DNA from: Camelus dromedarius
Taxonomy: Eukaryota
Assembly (NCBI RefSeq): GCF_036321535.1
Contig: NC_087436.1
Span: 19,780,001-19,844,000 of the forward strand
Length of the DNA stretch: 64,000 nt
Direction of reading: 5' to 3'
Below the pieces are notes generated by a model that was not told the origin of the DNA, searched no databases, and saw nothing but the letters and a program-made list of their open reading frames with translations. Position 1 is the stretch's first letter; the number at the start of each line of letters is the position of its first letter. The position numbers were made by a program, and so were the translations under genes. Below are positions 1 through 13,840 of the stretch, piece by piece.

Positions 1-81
1 TCCTTGCTTTGCTTTCTTAACCTCTGTGTCTTGTCTCTAAATTCTTTCTGTGATAAGACAAGAACCTCTCGCCCCACAACA
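1..81 (+). mobile_element. 3' end of an ERV1-class LTR (truncated by window edge)
   Basis: U5-like '...aattctttctgtgataagacaagaacctctc...caaca' ending in CA, typical of ERV1/MER41-like LTR ends. Confidence 0.5.
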
Positions 82-356
82 GAAGGATGATTCAAGTAAC
101 CAAGGCCTGACAAGCAGGAAGTAACCAGAGCTCAACTGCTCAGAGTTGAAGGTCTGGTCATCCTACGAGCAAGCAACTGGTCTAGTGGAAGTGTTGGCTA
201 AGGGTAAGGGAAATCTAGAATCTAGACTAGGGGGCAGAGGAGAGAGATAATGGCTATAGATTATGGCCTTGGGATCAGCCACAGCAGTGAAGAGTGTGGC
301 TTGTTTCACTTATTCTGCTGTTCCTGGTCTTTTTTGGAGATTGCAGGCAGTCACAA
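82..356 (+). mobile_element. ERVL-class internal sequence (ERV3-16A3-like, end of pol region), degraded
   Basis: 'gaaggtctggtca...gaagtgttggctaagggtaagggaaatctagaat...gatcagccacagcagtga' resembles the 3' end of ERVL internals; lies just upstream of an LTR16-like LTR. Confidence 0.5.
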
Positions 357-598
357 TCTTTTTATCATTTTATTTTGTTGAAATGTAGTTGATTTACAAT
401 GTTAGTTTCAGGTGTACAGCAAAGCGATTCAGTTATACCTATATATACAGATACATATTTTTCAGGTTCTTTTCTGATGCAGCTTATTACAAGGAACTGA
501 ATATAGTTCCCTTCATTCCAAGTAGGTCCTTGTTGTTTATCTATTAATCTAGTGATGTATATCTGTTAATCCCACACTCCTAATTTATCCCACCCCCA
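357..598 (-). mobile_element. L1 3' UTR fragment (cetartiodactyl type)
   Basis: T-rich tail then 'gttgatttacaatgttagtttcaggtgtacagc...aatatagttccc...ctcctaatttatccc'; homologous to other L1 tails in the window. Confidence 0.85.
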
Positions 599-660
599 AA
601 GTCAGTAACAGAGTAAACTTGAGGTGGGCGAGGGAAGATCAGATCAGAGCAAGGTGTAAA

Positions 661-1132
661 CGTGGTGGCCACTTGTGATGCCCTCCTCACACTCCTGGTC
701 CACCTCTTGGTTTCCCTGTTTGCATACACAGGGACACCTTGCTACCTGGAGTGCCACAGCTCTCTGCTTCTCTGCCTGAGGCCCTTCTTAGCCCGGGCAG
801 TTCGAGTGGCCTGGAAGTGCTGGGATTTCATACCTCCCAGGTCAGCCCTTAGCCAGTGAGGCTCAAGAGTCAGAAGATGCTCCAACTTGCCTACCCCTCA
901 GGGGGTTAGTTCTGGGGCACATTCTACCTGGCTTCTTAGAGCGCCCCCAGGGGAGGTGAGCCCAGGTTGTCTAAAGCGGTAGTCTGCTCACCAAGGCTCC
1001 TTTTGGGCTTTCCTCCTTCCCTTCTCTCCCCTGCCCACTCCATCCCACGAGCCTTCTGAGATCACCAAGTAAGCTCCCCCGAGTCCGGTCTCCCTCACAG
1101 GGTCCTCATTTGCTGGGGCCCAGGCAAAGATG
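661..1132 (+). mobile_element. LTR16-like ERVL LTR
   Basis: Hallmark segments 'ctgcctgaggcc', 'cagcccttagccagtga', 'ccttttgggctttcctccttcccttctctc', end 'gggcccaggcaaaga'. Confidence 0.65.
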
Positions 1133-2159
1133 GTGAGCTTCCGTTTTAAGTTTGCCTACCTAGGTTCACTTGCGATTTGCTACTAAAACATTTTTGCTGA
1201 GGAAAAATAATACAATTTTAGTCCATAGGCCTAAAGAATATGTATTTGTAGTAACAGTAAAAATGTAAGGAACCGTTTTTAAAGTAACTTATTTTCACTA
1301 GTTCATAAAGAATGAGATTGAACTTTGAAAAAATACGCAGTAATACATACTTATGCCATAAGAAGAAGAAGATTTTAATAACTGTGAAAAGAGTTGGCAG
1401 GGATGTCAACTATCAAGGGATTATTTGGAAATTGTTATCACTGGCCAACTATGAAGATTAATGAAATCAACATTTTCATGATGCAGGAGAAATGAATGTC
1501 ATAATTCAAACTTAACAGATATGTGTTTTTCCTTTAAAAGTTGTTTGAGCTATTAGGGTACTCAGTGACCATTTATCTTTCACTTTACAGAATATTTTCA
1601 TAGGTATGCATACACACAAACACACACACCCATCTTCGAGTTCTACGCATCTTCCCAGTGTAGCTCTACAGACTGATACATTTTAACTTTGCATGCAGCA
1701 TTTCCTCTAGAATGTAGCTGACAAAGAAACCCATGTTGGGGGCCCGTGTAGGGTAGTTCCTTTATCTCCTGCACACAGTATGAAACACCCCAGAAGTAGG
1801 ATTGCTAAGCCAAATTTAGCAGGACCGCCACATGCACAGAGAGGAAGACGATGTCAGTGTTGTTCTGAGAAAGCCAGAGAGTGGTCAAAAGTCAGGAATA
1901 AACAATCTGCTCCTTTTGAACTGCACAAATATTTGTTGACTCTGTACCATTTTATTTGTCTTCACTTTTGATGGGATGTTGGTTTATGAAACCAAATGCT
2001 ATCCAGATTTGTTCTTCCCATAGGCCTACTGAATATCCAGATGTAGTCCTTGGCATACTCTCCCCGGCCAGGCTTCACTGAACCTCTGTTGTTCTTGTCT
2101 ACCTAATGCTGCTTGTCGCTTGCTTTGAAAACAACTCACCCACTTTCTGGAAAGAACTG

Positions 2160-2662
2160 TTATTTCTCCATTTCAACCATGTGGGAACTTCTCAATGCAG
2201 AGCCCTGACTTGTCTGTTCCCGTCGTAGTGGCTGGATCATGGTTAATCTTCTTGTATTAGGCATTGTCTTTGGTGATGGCTCCAAGAGGCTATAGGAACT
2301 AGACCAATTAGAGGCCTTCTCCAGGATTTTCCAAGAAGAGCTGGGGGTAGAGGGAGGGAGCCCTTTCTTTCCTGGTGATGACGCCTGAGACAGCCATGGA
2401 ACTCCACTGCGTGGAGAGAGCTGGTCGGTAAGAGTGAAGCCAAGCTGCAGAGACAGGTGATGCCATGGCTTAAGTCCTTGGTTCCCGTGTTTGAGGGTCC
2501 CCCTGCCCTATTTCGTCCTCCAGTGCCTCTGGGGCTTGACCATCCCCCTTTTCCCTGTCCTCTGGGAGCCCCCTAATATCTTTCCCATTATTCCTGTTTC
2601 ATGTTCAACGTAAATCAAGTGGGGTTTCTGGTATTTACAACCAAGAGCTTTAATGAATGTAC
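2160..2662 (+). mobile_element. Ancient ERVL/MaLR LTR (LTR33/MLT1K-like), degraded
   Basis: 'gaccaattagaggccttctccaggattt', 'gaagccaagctgcagaga', 3' end 'ggggtttctggtatttacaaccaagagc'. Confidence 0.4.
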
Positions 2663-3221
2663 TGCATTTGCCTTCGTTTGTTGCTTGATCAAATAGTTAT
2701 AAAATCACTGCTGAATTAGTCAAAGCATACGACTATCTTTCCGTTCTGATTTCTCAGTCATTGGTGTTTCCAGAATGTAGGCTCCCTTACCCGGCTATTT
2801 CCCACCTGTTGCTCTCCCCAACTCCAGTTGAGATGTTGACTAAAGCTGTTCAAGGTTGGTGTCCCAGCTACAGATTACAGAGGTGGGTGGACACCACCTC
2901 TCGGGGGCAGTGGCGACTGTATCTCCCGAAATTGTCACATCAGTTACTAAAGCCGAGGCACTGTCAATGTTCCCAGGAGTACTCGAGCAATTCCTAGGAC
3001 TACCTTGACCTTTTTATCTTCATGATAAAAGCAAGAGCTCTTATCTAAGACTGCAGGACTGACAATTCTTAAACTTTTTGTATACAATTCTGGAGATCTG
3101 CTTCAATGTTGTTTTTAGGGATTTTACTTTGTATTTCACTGAGCCCTCCCCTGCCTTCCATCTTTTTAGAGTCACTGTGATGATGCAGGTCCATCCACCA
3201 TGTTTAATGTCATTGTCATTC

Positions 3222-3611
3222 TGTGTCTTAGCCTGCGCGGGCTGCCATAACAAAATACCACAGACTGAGTCGTTTCAAGAAGAGATTTCTTTCTTATGGT
3301 TCTGGAGACTGGGAAGTCCAAGGTAGAGGTGCTGGTGGATGCTGGTCCTGGTGAGGGCTTTCTTCCTAGCTTCCAGATGGTTACCTTCTCACTGCATCCT
3401 CACCTGATCTTTCCCTGGGATATAGGCACAGGGCCGGGAACATCTCTCTCTCTCTTCCTCTTTTTACAAAACCACTAATCCCATCATGAGGGCCCCACCC
3501 TCATGACCTCATCTAACCCTGATTACCTCCCAAAGGTAACATCACATTAGGGGTTAGGGCTCCAATATATGAACTCAATGGGGGGAAGGGACACAAACAT
3601 TTAGTCCATAA
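3222..3611 (-). mobile_element. MaLR LTR, MLT1A/B-like
   Basis: 'ggctgccataacaaaataccacagactg...ttctggagactgggaagtccaagg...ccccaccctcatgacctcatctaaccc...acacaaacatttagtccataa'. Confidence 0.85.
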
Positions 3612-4257
3612 TGCTCTGATCAAAATTTGGATTTTGGGGAGGTAGTGTTTGATTGGCCTAGCTTGGGTCATGCAGCCATCCTTGGCTAAGAGGTGGGCTT
3701 GGCACTTTCTGTGATCCCAACAAGCTTTATCCATTGGGAAGTGGTAATTTTCCAAGGGAATTCAGGTGCTATTGGCAAAAGGAATGGGTGCTAAAGCAGT
3801 TAAATAACCACAAATGCCCAGTGCAACAGCTTCCAACGTTTCAATGGAGCTAAGCTGAACACAACTGGAATGTCAACTGCTTTGTGAAATATCACATTCA
3901 CCTGTGATATGTGAATAGCTACGAATGTTTCTCTTGAAATTCCCACTTTCATTTTTCATTTCAGGTAGCCTTAAGAGGGAAGCCTAGAATCTTCTTTTTT
4001 CCTTCTTTTCATTTTTTTCTATAGCAAAAACCAAACAACAACAACAACAAACCCAAAATTTCTCAAAATTTCAGAAAGAGGCTTCTCTTTGTAACATCAC
4101 TGGATCTACTTATTCCAACATGGAAAATTTCACCTTGTTAACTGAAAAGAAGCAAAATAATATGGAATGTCATTTTGATAAAATATTTCAAATACAAATA
4201 TAACTGAACATGTTACCAAAAAGTCTTTGTGGCTGCGCACTGAGCTTGTAATAGTGC

Positions 4258-4735
4258 TGCAGTAAGCAAAATACGGGCCGCTCAGCTAGGTCCACGTGCT
4301 AATCCCCAGAGCCTCACATGACAAAAGAAATTTTGCAGGTATGATTACAGTAAGAATCTGAGATGCGGAGAGGATCCTGGATTATCCAGGGGGCCCCAAT
4401 ATAATCACAAAGGTCCTTATACGTGACAGAAGAAGGAAGAAGAGTCAGCGCCAGAGTGATGGGTGTGAGAAAGGCTGGACCAGCCACGCTGGCTTTGGAG
4501 ATGGAGGGGAGCCGGGAGCCCAGGATGCAGGCAGGCAGCCCTAGAGGCTGTAAGAGGCAAGGAAATGCATTCTCTCCAGAACGGAACTCAGCCCTGGCAG
4601 CACCTTGCTTTTGGCCCAGCAAGACCCATTGTAGATTTCCAACCTCCAGAACTGTAAGATAATAAATTTGTGGGGGATTTGTTTAAACCATTACATTTGT
4701 AATCATTTGTGACAGCAGCAGCAAGAAATGGAGGC
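4258..4735 (+). mobile_element. MaLR LTR, MLT1D-like
   Basis: 'gtccacgtgctaatcccc...atcctggattatccagggggccccaatataatcacaaaggtcc...ctccagaactgtaagataataaatttg...gacagcagcagcaagaaa'. Confidence 0.85.
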
Positions 4736-5004
4736 AAGTGCTTATTCTCAGGAAGAAGGTTTTGGGGGAGAGGCAATTGAGAGACAACATCAAAAGACAT
4801 GAATACTTCTGAACTGGGAATTTTTGCAAGAATATATAATTTGTATGCTCACCACTAATATACATTTTTTTGATGATACTTCCCAAATAGGTCATTTAAT
4901 AACTCATTTTCAAAAGACTTTGCTGAATTTGCTAAAATTATCAGTTTTTTTAGGAGGCAGAATTTGCTTTTTAACATTCATAGACTTTTTAGAAAAGTAT
5001 ATAT

Positions 5005-5092
5005 GAGGGGTGGGGTATAGCTCAGTGGTAGAGCACGTGCTTAGTATGTGTGAAGTCCTGGATTCAATCCCCAGTACCTCCATTAAAGAAAA
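5005..5092 (+). mobile_element. tRNA-Ala-derived SINE (camelid Vic-1 type)
   Basis: A box tagctcagtgg, B box ggattcaatcc, A-rich tail; TSD aaaagtatatat at 4993-5004 and 5093-5104. Confidence 0.9.
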
Positions 5093-5096
5093 AAAA

Positions 5097-5160
5097 GTAT
5101 ATATATATATGTGTGTGTGTATGTATATTATATACATATTATATATGTATATATATATAT
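5097..5160. repeat. Compound (TA)n/(TG)n microsatellite
   Basis: Alternating TA/TG dinucleotides directly after the SINE tail. Confidence 0.85.
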
Positions 5161-5254
5161 GAAGCATCTATCAGTCAAAGAATGTGTTAAGCTGCATGGA
5201 TGTGTGTACGTGTGTGTATATATACAACTATTTATTTATTTATGTGCTGAAGGT

Positions 5255-5720
5255 CAGAATTTCTTCTTCTCTCTCATGTAACTTGAAGACTAGAGATCCA
5301 AAGGGAGGAGGCCCAGGGCTGGTTAGAGGCTTCAAGGTTATAAGTTTCTCAGTCTCTTTCTCATTCGCTGTTCTGCCATCTGCCTAGAGCATGACTTTCT
5401 TTCCCAATGTTGCCTCATGGCTATAAAATGGCTACAGGAGCTCCAGCCATGACATCTGTATTCTTGACAAGAAAAAGAAAGAATAGGGTGGGAGGCGGGA
5501 GGCAAGAGAGCACCTTCCAGCTGAGTCAGCCCATTTTAAGGAGCATTCTTTAAATCGGCATTGGTGATCATCTAGCCATGTGGCATCTCTGTCCACAAGG
5601 GAGGCTGGGAAATGTAGGTTTTCAGCTGAATACACTGATGTCCCCAACAAAATCAGGGTTCTCTTAGTGAGGAAAAAGGGGGGAGATTGATTTGGGTAAA
5701 CAACTAGCAGTCTGTGTACA
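5255..5720 (-). mobile_element. MaLR LTR, MLT1J-like
   Basis: 'gttgcctcatggctataaaatggctacaggagctccagcc', 'agggaggctgggaaatgtag', 'caaaatcagggttctcttagtgagg', 'aacaactagcagtctg'. Confidence 0.75.
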
Positions 5721-8700
5721 GGCTTCAGTGACAACCAAATTATAAAGCAAAGGCCTTTGTAACTATGTCTTTAAGGATAAACATTATACCATAACAAACA
5801 GTCCTTAACCATTCTAGGCAATATAAAGAGACATACCATAATCATGTCATAACTGTTCAAAGCTGACTCACTGGAGGAAACTGCAATAAAAATTTAAAAC
5901 CTAAAACAGTCAGTTCTGCTCTGAATTGGTTTGTCGGGTATTAACTCAGTAAATTCAGTTTTGAAAACAGTCCTGGTTTAAGGTGAACTTCAGAAAGGAT
6001 ACAAAGTAGCCCCTCTTTGAAACTCTATACAAAATGTTTGTGCTTGAGCATTTTTCCTGATTAAACATTGCCTAGTTCCTCGAAGGAGCTGGTGACCCGG
6101 AAAGTTTAATAACCACAGATGTAGGTGCTGTGCTCCTCTGGGAAGATACCAAACAATATTTAACCGAATTTGAATTGGGTGTCATACAAACATCCTCAGA
6201 TCAAATGAAAACTACCTGGTGGAGTGAAGAGAGCTGGGGGACACGGCTGGCGTCTGGGGGCTGATCAGAGACACGCATTAAATAGTAAACGGCACATGCT
6301 CTCTGGTCTCTGAAGGAGCTGGAAGGGACCAGGCGCGTTGGCAGCCCCAGAGGCTGAGCCATGGTGGCGTCCTCAGAATAAGTGACATCCTAGAGAGGGC
6401 AGTGTTTCATTCTGAGTCTGAGAAGTAAGAAGAGAACAACATGGACCATCTGTTTTGACACATCCACAAACACAGATATTTGGCACTTGGTATTAAAACT
6501 GTTTATCAAACTTCTAACGCTGATGACAAACAAACAGGAGCCTCGTGTTCTGTGTTGCACAAGTGGTGCGAGCGGGGAGGAGGGCTCTAATCCATCGGGC
6601 TAATGACTCTGTGGACCCAGGTTTAAAACTTAAGGAGACTTGGAGATTAGGATAGAGTATATCTGCTTATTTCATCAAAGGGGTCCCCCAGAGCAAAAAG
6701 AAGTTGTGTCGTTGCAACGTAAGGGCTAGGTGTCTTTGTAAACACCTGGAATTCTACTGGCCAGGGAAAAAGCGCCACTTCAGGGCTCCATCCTGGGGCG
6801 TCTTGCCCGCCCCGTCCCCTGACTCTGTTGCCGAGGGGAGAGCCTGTCTGATTGTTTGAAGGGCTCCAAACTGGGGTGTGAGCCTGCACCTCACTGGATT
6901 CCCAACGCAGTCACTGGGGTGTGAAGAGAAATCGATGATCTTAAAAGGAAGGGAAATAGGCATTACAAAATACTTGATCTATGGGCAGACAGCGGCACCC
7001 ACACTAGGCAGAGATGTTGGAAGAGCAGGGGCTTCACAGTCTGGGGGTTTGGCTGGGGCATCCCACTGCTTCCTACTTTTCCAATGTCCGGCAACCTACC
7101 GGCATTGATTCATGCCAGGTTGGGTGGATTTATCGATCATAGTATCTAATTTTCTGTACACTAGCCTCACAAAATATGCACATGACTTAAAAAGATTATA
7201 GGGAAAAAACCTTCTGATTGAAGATCCTACTAAGGCAAAATCAAACAAGATAATGACAGAGCTGACACTTGTATTTCTAGAACGGGGTTTCTTCAGCCAC
7301 ATTACAAAGAAAAAACCAAGAAGATCTGTTTGCATCTAACACAAAGCTGTTCCCACCAAATCGGAAATATCAAGAAGACTGCCAGAAATGTGGAAGGATA
7401 TCTACCATCGTGCACCTACATTTCACTTTAGATGTATCCATCAAGCTCAGATTGCGTCTATGAAACGTCTTTCTCAGCTATGACAGCCATGAAAGCAGAT
7501 GACAAAACAAGGAGGAGACCCTTGGAAGGAGACCCTTGAATTGCTGTATCACAAAATGTCTCACCACAGTTTTCAAAAATAATGATGTATATTCAGACAC
7601 ATTGCACTGATTAAAAATAGCATTTTCAAGAAAAAAAATTGTACAGCATGAACAGAAATTAATGGACATTTTTGAATATTTGCTTATGTCCAACTTAGAT
7701 CATCCTTTAAAGAGATCTATTTTGTGTGTTATGCTATCACATGATGTATTAATACAGCAATACGTGTGCAGAACAAAATATAAATAGACATTCTTCGGAG
7801 TTTCTACCCAAAATGTTATTTACTGTTGGCCCGTACAATTGCAAATGTTTTGAAATCATTGCTGAGATCATAGATGGTGGTAGCAATTTACCCATAAAAT
7901 AATCTCGTCCCTGTCAATCTGTTAATCTTCCTAAGGTGACTTAATGCTTTAACCCAATTAAAATATGATTGCTCCTTCCTTTAAACTCCCACAGCTGTGT
8001 AACTAGATGATAACTGTGCTGTCACTTCTGCTAATTACACTTAACACTTTCTTCTTAAACGAAAATTACGTGGCTAGACGTGCGGTCCTCCCATTGACTT
8101 GAGAGAAAGCACACTGTGGACAGAATTAGGGTTTGAGTCATTGCTTAATTATTTATCTCCCATAGCACTCAGCACCTAGGAGATGCTCATCAAAAATTTA
8201 TTTGGTAGTTAAGACAAAATGCGTAAGTGTCTAGAAGGCCTTTAGGACCAATTATCACTGCAGGCAATTTCATTATTTGACAAGTCATGGAGGTAAACCA
8301 CTCAGCCCTGAGTCTTGCCCAGAGTGAATGTTTCCATCAGAGAGGATGTTTTTCGCCCTCTGATCTTACAGGTAACTGTTTACGCCAAAGACTGCTCACT
8401 TCTGTTCAGAAATAAAGCAGCGATCTATTTAGCTAGTGTTTGTGGCTTGGAGACACCTAACACAGTCTCACGTGATTCCATATTAAGTGACTGGGTCAGA
8501 CGCAGTGTTCCACGTTAACTCTTACATAAATGGCCATAGAAAACAAATTTAATATCATATTTAGCTAATTTATCTATAGATATAGATTTCTAAATAGCCT
8601 GCAATGGCAGGTAACCTCGCTGTTCAAAATAATCTTAATAGCTCAATTACTTATAAAATATGCAATAAGTTCTAATGGGCTGCTTGAGAGCAGGAACTAA

Positions 8701-9525
8701 GTAGAATCTTGCTTTATGTGCTGACATGAGAATGTCTGATTTGACTTCAGCCAGGTATCTGATTCAGCCACGTAACTGATGCTCTTTTAAATGTCAAAAT
8801 AATTTTAATATAATCTCTCTGCTTGGAACAGGTACATAGTTTCCCCGTGGTTCCTCGGTAATTTCCCAATTTGAAACCTCACCTCTGGTAAAACTTTAAA
8901 ATTTTCCCTCTGCCTTTGCAAGAAAGCTAGTGATAATTTGATAGTAATTTTTTGGGCAATTTCTGCCCTAGTAAGTTATGAAAGATTATGAAAAATTACT
9001 AAATTATAAAAAATAAGTGGGCGATGTGTCTCGGTAAAGAGGTATGTTCTTTTATCATTTCTGCACCAGTTTGCTCATGCTTGGTAATGATGCATAACAA
9101 CTTATTTTTGACTTTCTAAAGAAATGATAACTGGAAAGAAACTGGGCTGCCCTTGATGACTATAACTCAATTGCCTTCTAGCTATAGGCTTTGAGCTTAG
9201 AATTGTTTTTCAGAAATAATAAGTGGGTTGAGCTGAGCCATCCATAACCCTACACTGTAAGCTCCCACTGTGATCTCTAGTACATAGAAAGTGGCTTGGT
9301 TAATGTATGGTGCCAATGAGACTGAGATCAAAAGTCCTGCAGGATAGTTGTTTCATATCGAGACACCATAGCACAGACACAGCCCTAACTATCTTCTGCC
9401 TTCTGGAATGTCCCTGTTCATACAGAAATGACACAAGCTTTGGGTATGTCTAAAAGTTATGCAGCAAAACAAAAATCTCTGCAAAACTGGAAAGAGCTTT
9501 TTATAATGATTTTAATTTTGAGGGC

Positions 9526-10072
<547 letters not shown>

Positions 10073-10096
10073 TGGGGTGCTCTTCAGCAGATGGTT

Positions 10097-10430
10097 TCTT
10101 TTTTGATGCATACTTGGCTTACAATATTATGATAGTTTCAAGTGTACAGCAAATTGGTTCATTTATATATATATTATTTTCCATTTAGGTTGTTACAAGA
10201 TACTGAATATAGTTCCCTGTGCTATACAGTACATCCCTGTTGCTTCTCTGTTTTATGTCTGGTAGTTGGTATCCATTCATCTCGTACTCCTAATTTATCC
10301 TTCCCTCCTTCCCCTTTAGTAACCGTAAGGTTTTTTGCTATGTCTAGGAGTCTGATTCTGTTTTGTATATAGCTTCACTTTTATTACTTTTTAATTTCCA
10401 CATATGAGTGACATCATGTAACATTTGTCT
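10097..10430 (-). mobile_element. L1 3' UTR fragment
   Basis: 'tactgaatatagttccctgtgctatacag...ctcctaatttatcc...ttccacatatgagtgacatcat'. Confidence 0.85.
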
Positions 10431-10738
10431 TGAAAGATGAAACTCTATTAACTAGGATCACTAAGTAGGAATGGAGAGCAAACTAATTTTTAAAGGGATC
10501 CATCCAGCCTCCCCATGAAAAAGGCACTGAGCCTATATTGAGTCCTAATATTTTGAACTTTTGGAAACAATAACAATATAGGAAACTGAACAAAAGAACT
10601 TCAGTTTTCCTGTCTTGTTCACTCAGTGTCAACATATTATACCTTTTCTATAATGGTAAATTTTTATAATAATAGAAAGAATGTATTCTTACTGTGTAAA
10701 ATCTGGGAAACTTCAAAAACTATGGAGAAGAAAATTTA

Positions 10739-10805
10739 TTCTTGTTTGTTCTTTTTGTTTGTTTGTTTGTTTTTGTTTTTTAGAGGGGGGAGGTAATTAA
10801 GATAT

Positions 10806-10853
<48 letters not shown>

Positions 10854-10931
10854 TGGAGCTACTGGCGATTGAACCCAGGTCCTTGTGCATGCTAAGCATG
10901 TGCTCTACCACTGAGCTATACCCTCCCCTCT
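10739..10931 (-). mobile_element. Vic-1 type SINE with expanded (TTTA)n tract
   Basis: Reverse-strand tRNA head ('gattgaacccagg...ctctaccactgagctatacc'); 14-bp TSD gagaagaaaattta at 10725-10738 and 10932-10945. Confidence 0.92.
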
Positions 10932-11089
10932 GAGAAGAAAATTTAAATTAGCCATAATCCCACAGTTCATTCATTTGCTTATTTGAGCAACAAATATGGA
11001 AAATTGCACAACCTTACTATGTGCCAAGCACATTCCAAGGCTCACCACCCAGAAATATTAGCCCCTAATTGATTTCCTTTGGTCCTTTT

Positions 11090-11690
11090 CTCAATATACT
11101 ATTCACAATAAAATAGGAATCAGATTATATACAATTTTGGATTCTCTTTTTCACTTAATGTATCATAAACATTTTTCCAAATTATCAAATATTTTTCAAA
11201 GCTATGATTTTAACAGCTGCATAATATCACATCACATGAATTTACACTGATTTATTAAACCACTTTACTTGGGAACATACATGATTATCAATTTTTCATT
11301 ACTATAAATAATGCTGCAAATAATATCCTTTGGCCACATATGTGATTATCTTTGGAAATCAGTCCTAGGATTTGGATTGCTAGATCCAAAGCCTTGGACA
11401 TTTTTAAGGTTCTAGATACACACTACTTAATTGCTTTCTTGGCTGGTTGGAAAAGTTTTACTTCCACCAGCTAGGAGAGTGTCTGTCACACAGTGAGGTC
11501 CTGTCCCTCAAAACATTAGCAGTAAAAAATAAATAAAATCTTTACCTACTGGGTGAAAGTGTTTTTTTCTTTTAATTTACTTTTTTTTCATTGACAAGGT
11601 AAGTCAAGCTTTTAAGAAATATATGTATCTTCCTTCATAAATGATCTACGCATGCTTTGTCATTTTCCAAGTAACTGTTCATATTTCTCC
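11090..11690 (-). mobile_element. Old L1 (L1ME-like) 3' region
   Basis: 'ataaataatgctgcaaataatatcc', 'ggattgctagatccaaag', 'cttccaccagc' motifs of degraded L1M. Confidence 0.55.
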
Positions 11691-12197
11691 CTAGCACTCA
11701 GCGAAGGATTTTTCTCATTGCATTCTGAGATCTAGCTCCCTGGCTGAGGTCGAGGAGGTGAGGTGGGGGAATGGACTGGGAGTGGAGAGCCAGACTTGCT
11801 CTCTTAGTCCTTCCATCCACAAGGGAGGACCTGGGGTAGGTCTCTTGGCCTATCTGAGCATCAGTTTGCCCCTCTGTGTACAAGAGGATTTCGTGAAGGG
11901 CCCTGCCGGTTTCTGATCACACGATGCTGCAAAAACAACATCATCTATCCCTAGTTTCAAAATCTCCTTCATTATCACCATTTGTGATGAGCGTTGGGGA
12001 GGCAGTGTTTTTAGTGGAGGAGCATCAAACCCTAAGCTTCTTCCTCCAGTTCCAACCGAGGGCTCTACCCTCTACCAGCCGTGAGCAAATCCCTTCAACA
12101 TTCTCAGGTCCCTGAACTGTCAGTGGAAACCTTGTTTTACAAGTTTATTGTAGGAATTTAATGTAGTAATAAAAATGAAAGTTTAAATTATAATATG

Positions 12198-12326
12198 GGG
12201 GGGATATAGCTCAGTGGTGGAGTGTATGCTTAGCATGCATGAGGTCCTGGATTCAATCCCCAGTATCTCTATTAAATAAATAAATAAACTTAATTACCAC
12301 TCTTCCCCCCCAAAAAACAAAAAACC
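12198..12326 (+). mobile_element. Vic-1 type SINE
   Basis: 'tatagctcagtggtggagtgtatgcttagcatgcatgaggtcctggattcaatcccc'; 13-bp TSD aaattataatatg at 12185-12197 and 12327-12339. Confidence 0.92.
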
Positions 12327-13659
12327 AAATTATAATATGACACACACAGACATATATGTATACATATATATAAATACATGCACATGTATGTATATGTATA
12401 TCTATACTATGAAGTTGCATTTAAAAGCATTTACTTTTCACTAACCTCAATGCCCCAAAAAAGGAAAAAAAATTTTTTTACCCCATTACATGAACCCCAC
12501 TTTCAAATGAGACTCTAGACTCCAGGGAGCCAAAGAGAACAAGATCACAGAGAAAATGTAAACAGAAATAAAAGAAGCTAACCCTTCTTTTTCTTAAGCT
12601 TTGAAGCACAGAGTCCCAAGTGATATATGCAATTTTCTAAGGTAATTTTGACCATGTGATTTTCCTCCTTGTGGGTGAACCAACTTAATAGCTAATTCAC
12701 ACATTAGATGTGTGTGTCTACACATACACATACACATCTCTCTCACACATGCATGTATGTCTCATATACACATGTCATAAGCATATCTATTTATCTATCC
12801 CTTCTGTGTGCATATGAGAACAAAAGTATGTTTAAGAGTGCCTCTCAGACCTTTCTGCAGAAAATGGGATTAGAAAAATGCAAACCACTCTCAATATCTT
12901 TAATTCTTTCCTTTCATTTTGGTCCTTTAAAACTGGCAAATTGGATGGATTCTGTAAGATTTGCTTAATGTATGGTACATTTATATTGATTTTCTGCTAA
13001 CAACTTCAGTTTGTCAGCAACTTGTGCCTACACACCCACAGGTAAGTATAGCGCTGCTCTGAGCACTGAGAATACATAACATAGAACAGACACCAGCTTG
13101 TGATCGAGGGGAGACAAGACATGTAAACATGTAATTATCTAAATAGGTACATAAATACAGTTCTGTAATTAAAGACTGAATACGGGAGGAGGGGGTTACT
13201 GGTGGGTCGGTGATGTTTACTTCTTTCTTCCCCATAATATCCTGGCATTTTTCTCCCCATACCTGGGATAAGAACCATGTGATGCAGGGGCAGTCGTTTA
13301 GGTTATATCACATGGGCATGAAAAAACAGTCATGGTTATGAACAACATTAAAAAACTGGCCAGAAATATCTCTTCACAAAAGGGGCTAGATTTTTCCCTC
13401 TGCCAAGAGAAAACGGTAGTAAATATGAGCAAACGAAGAAAACGAAATGAGCAAATACTTATGTACTAAGTTCAGCTTACATAAAAAGAACAGATCCAGG
13501 GTTAAATATAAGGGTATTTCCCATTCTCAATCAAAGGAACAGGATATGGACTATGATTCGTGTTCTAAGGCCCATTTTCACGTTCCTATTCATTCTTCCC
13601 CACCTGTGACATGTTTTGGTTTTTTTTTTTTCACCCCCACAAACACTCTTGTGTGTGTT

Positions 13660-13840
13660 AAGCAACATTTCTAAGCACTTTATGTGTATTAACTCATTTG
13701 ATTCTCATAAGAACCGTACGGGGTAGGTGCTATTACTATCACTCCCATTTTACAGAGGTGGAAACTGAGGCACAAGGAAATTAAAAAACCCTCCAAGGCA
13801 GCTGGGATGAAGCCTCAGGAAGTCTGGCTTCATGGGCTAC
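13660..13840 (-). mobile_element. MIR SINE
   Basis: MIR core 'cccattttacagaggtggaaactgaggcaca' with 'ctaagcacttta...ctcatttgattctcataa'. Confidence 0.8.

Noticed and set aside
5005..5082. tRNA-Ala-like sequence (and six similar copies)
   Set aside because: A-rich tails, TSDs and stem-breaking substitutions show these are SINEs, not tRNA genes
6500..6900. Locally GC/CpG-richer patch as a possible promoter
   Set aside because: CpG density appears too low and the patch too short for a CpG island; no first exon identified
7513..7538. 12-bp direct repeat aggagacccttg (similar short duplications at 16716-16750 and 49561-49585)
   Set aside because: Ordinary slippage-type micro-duplications; no array or spacer structure, not CRISPR-like
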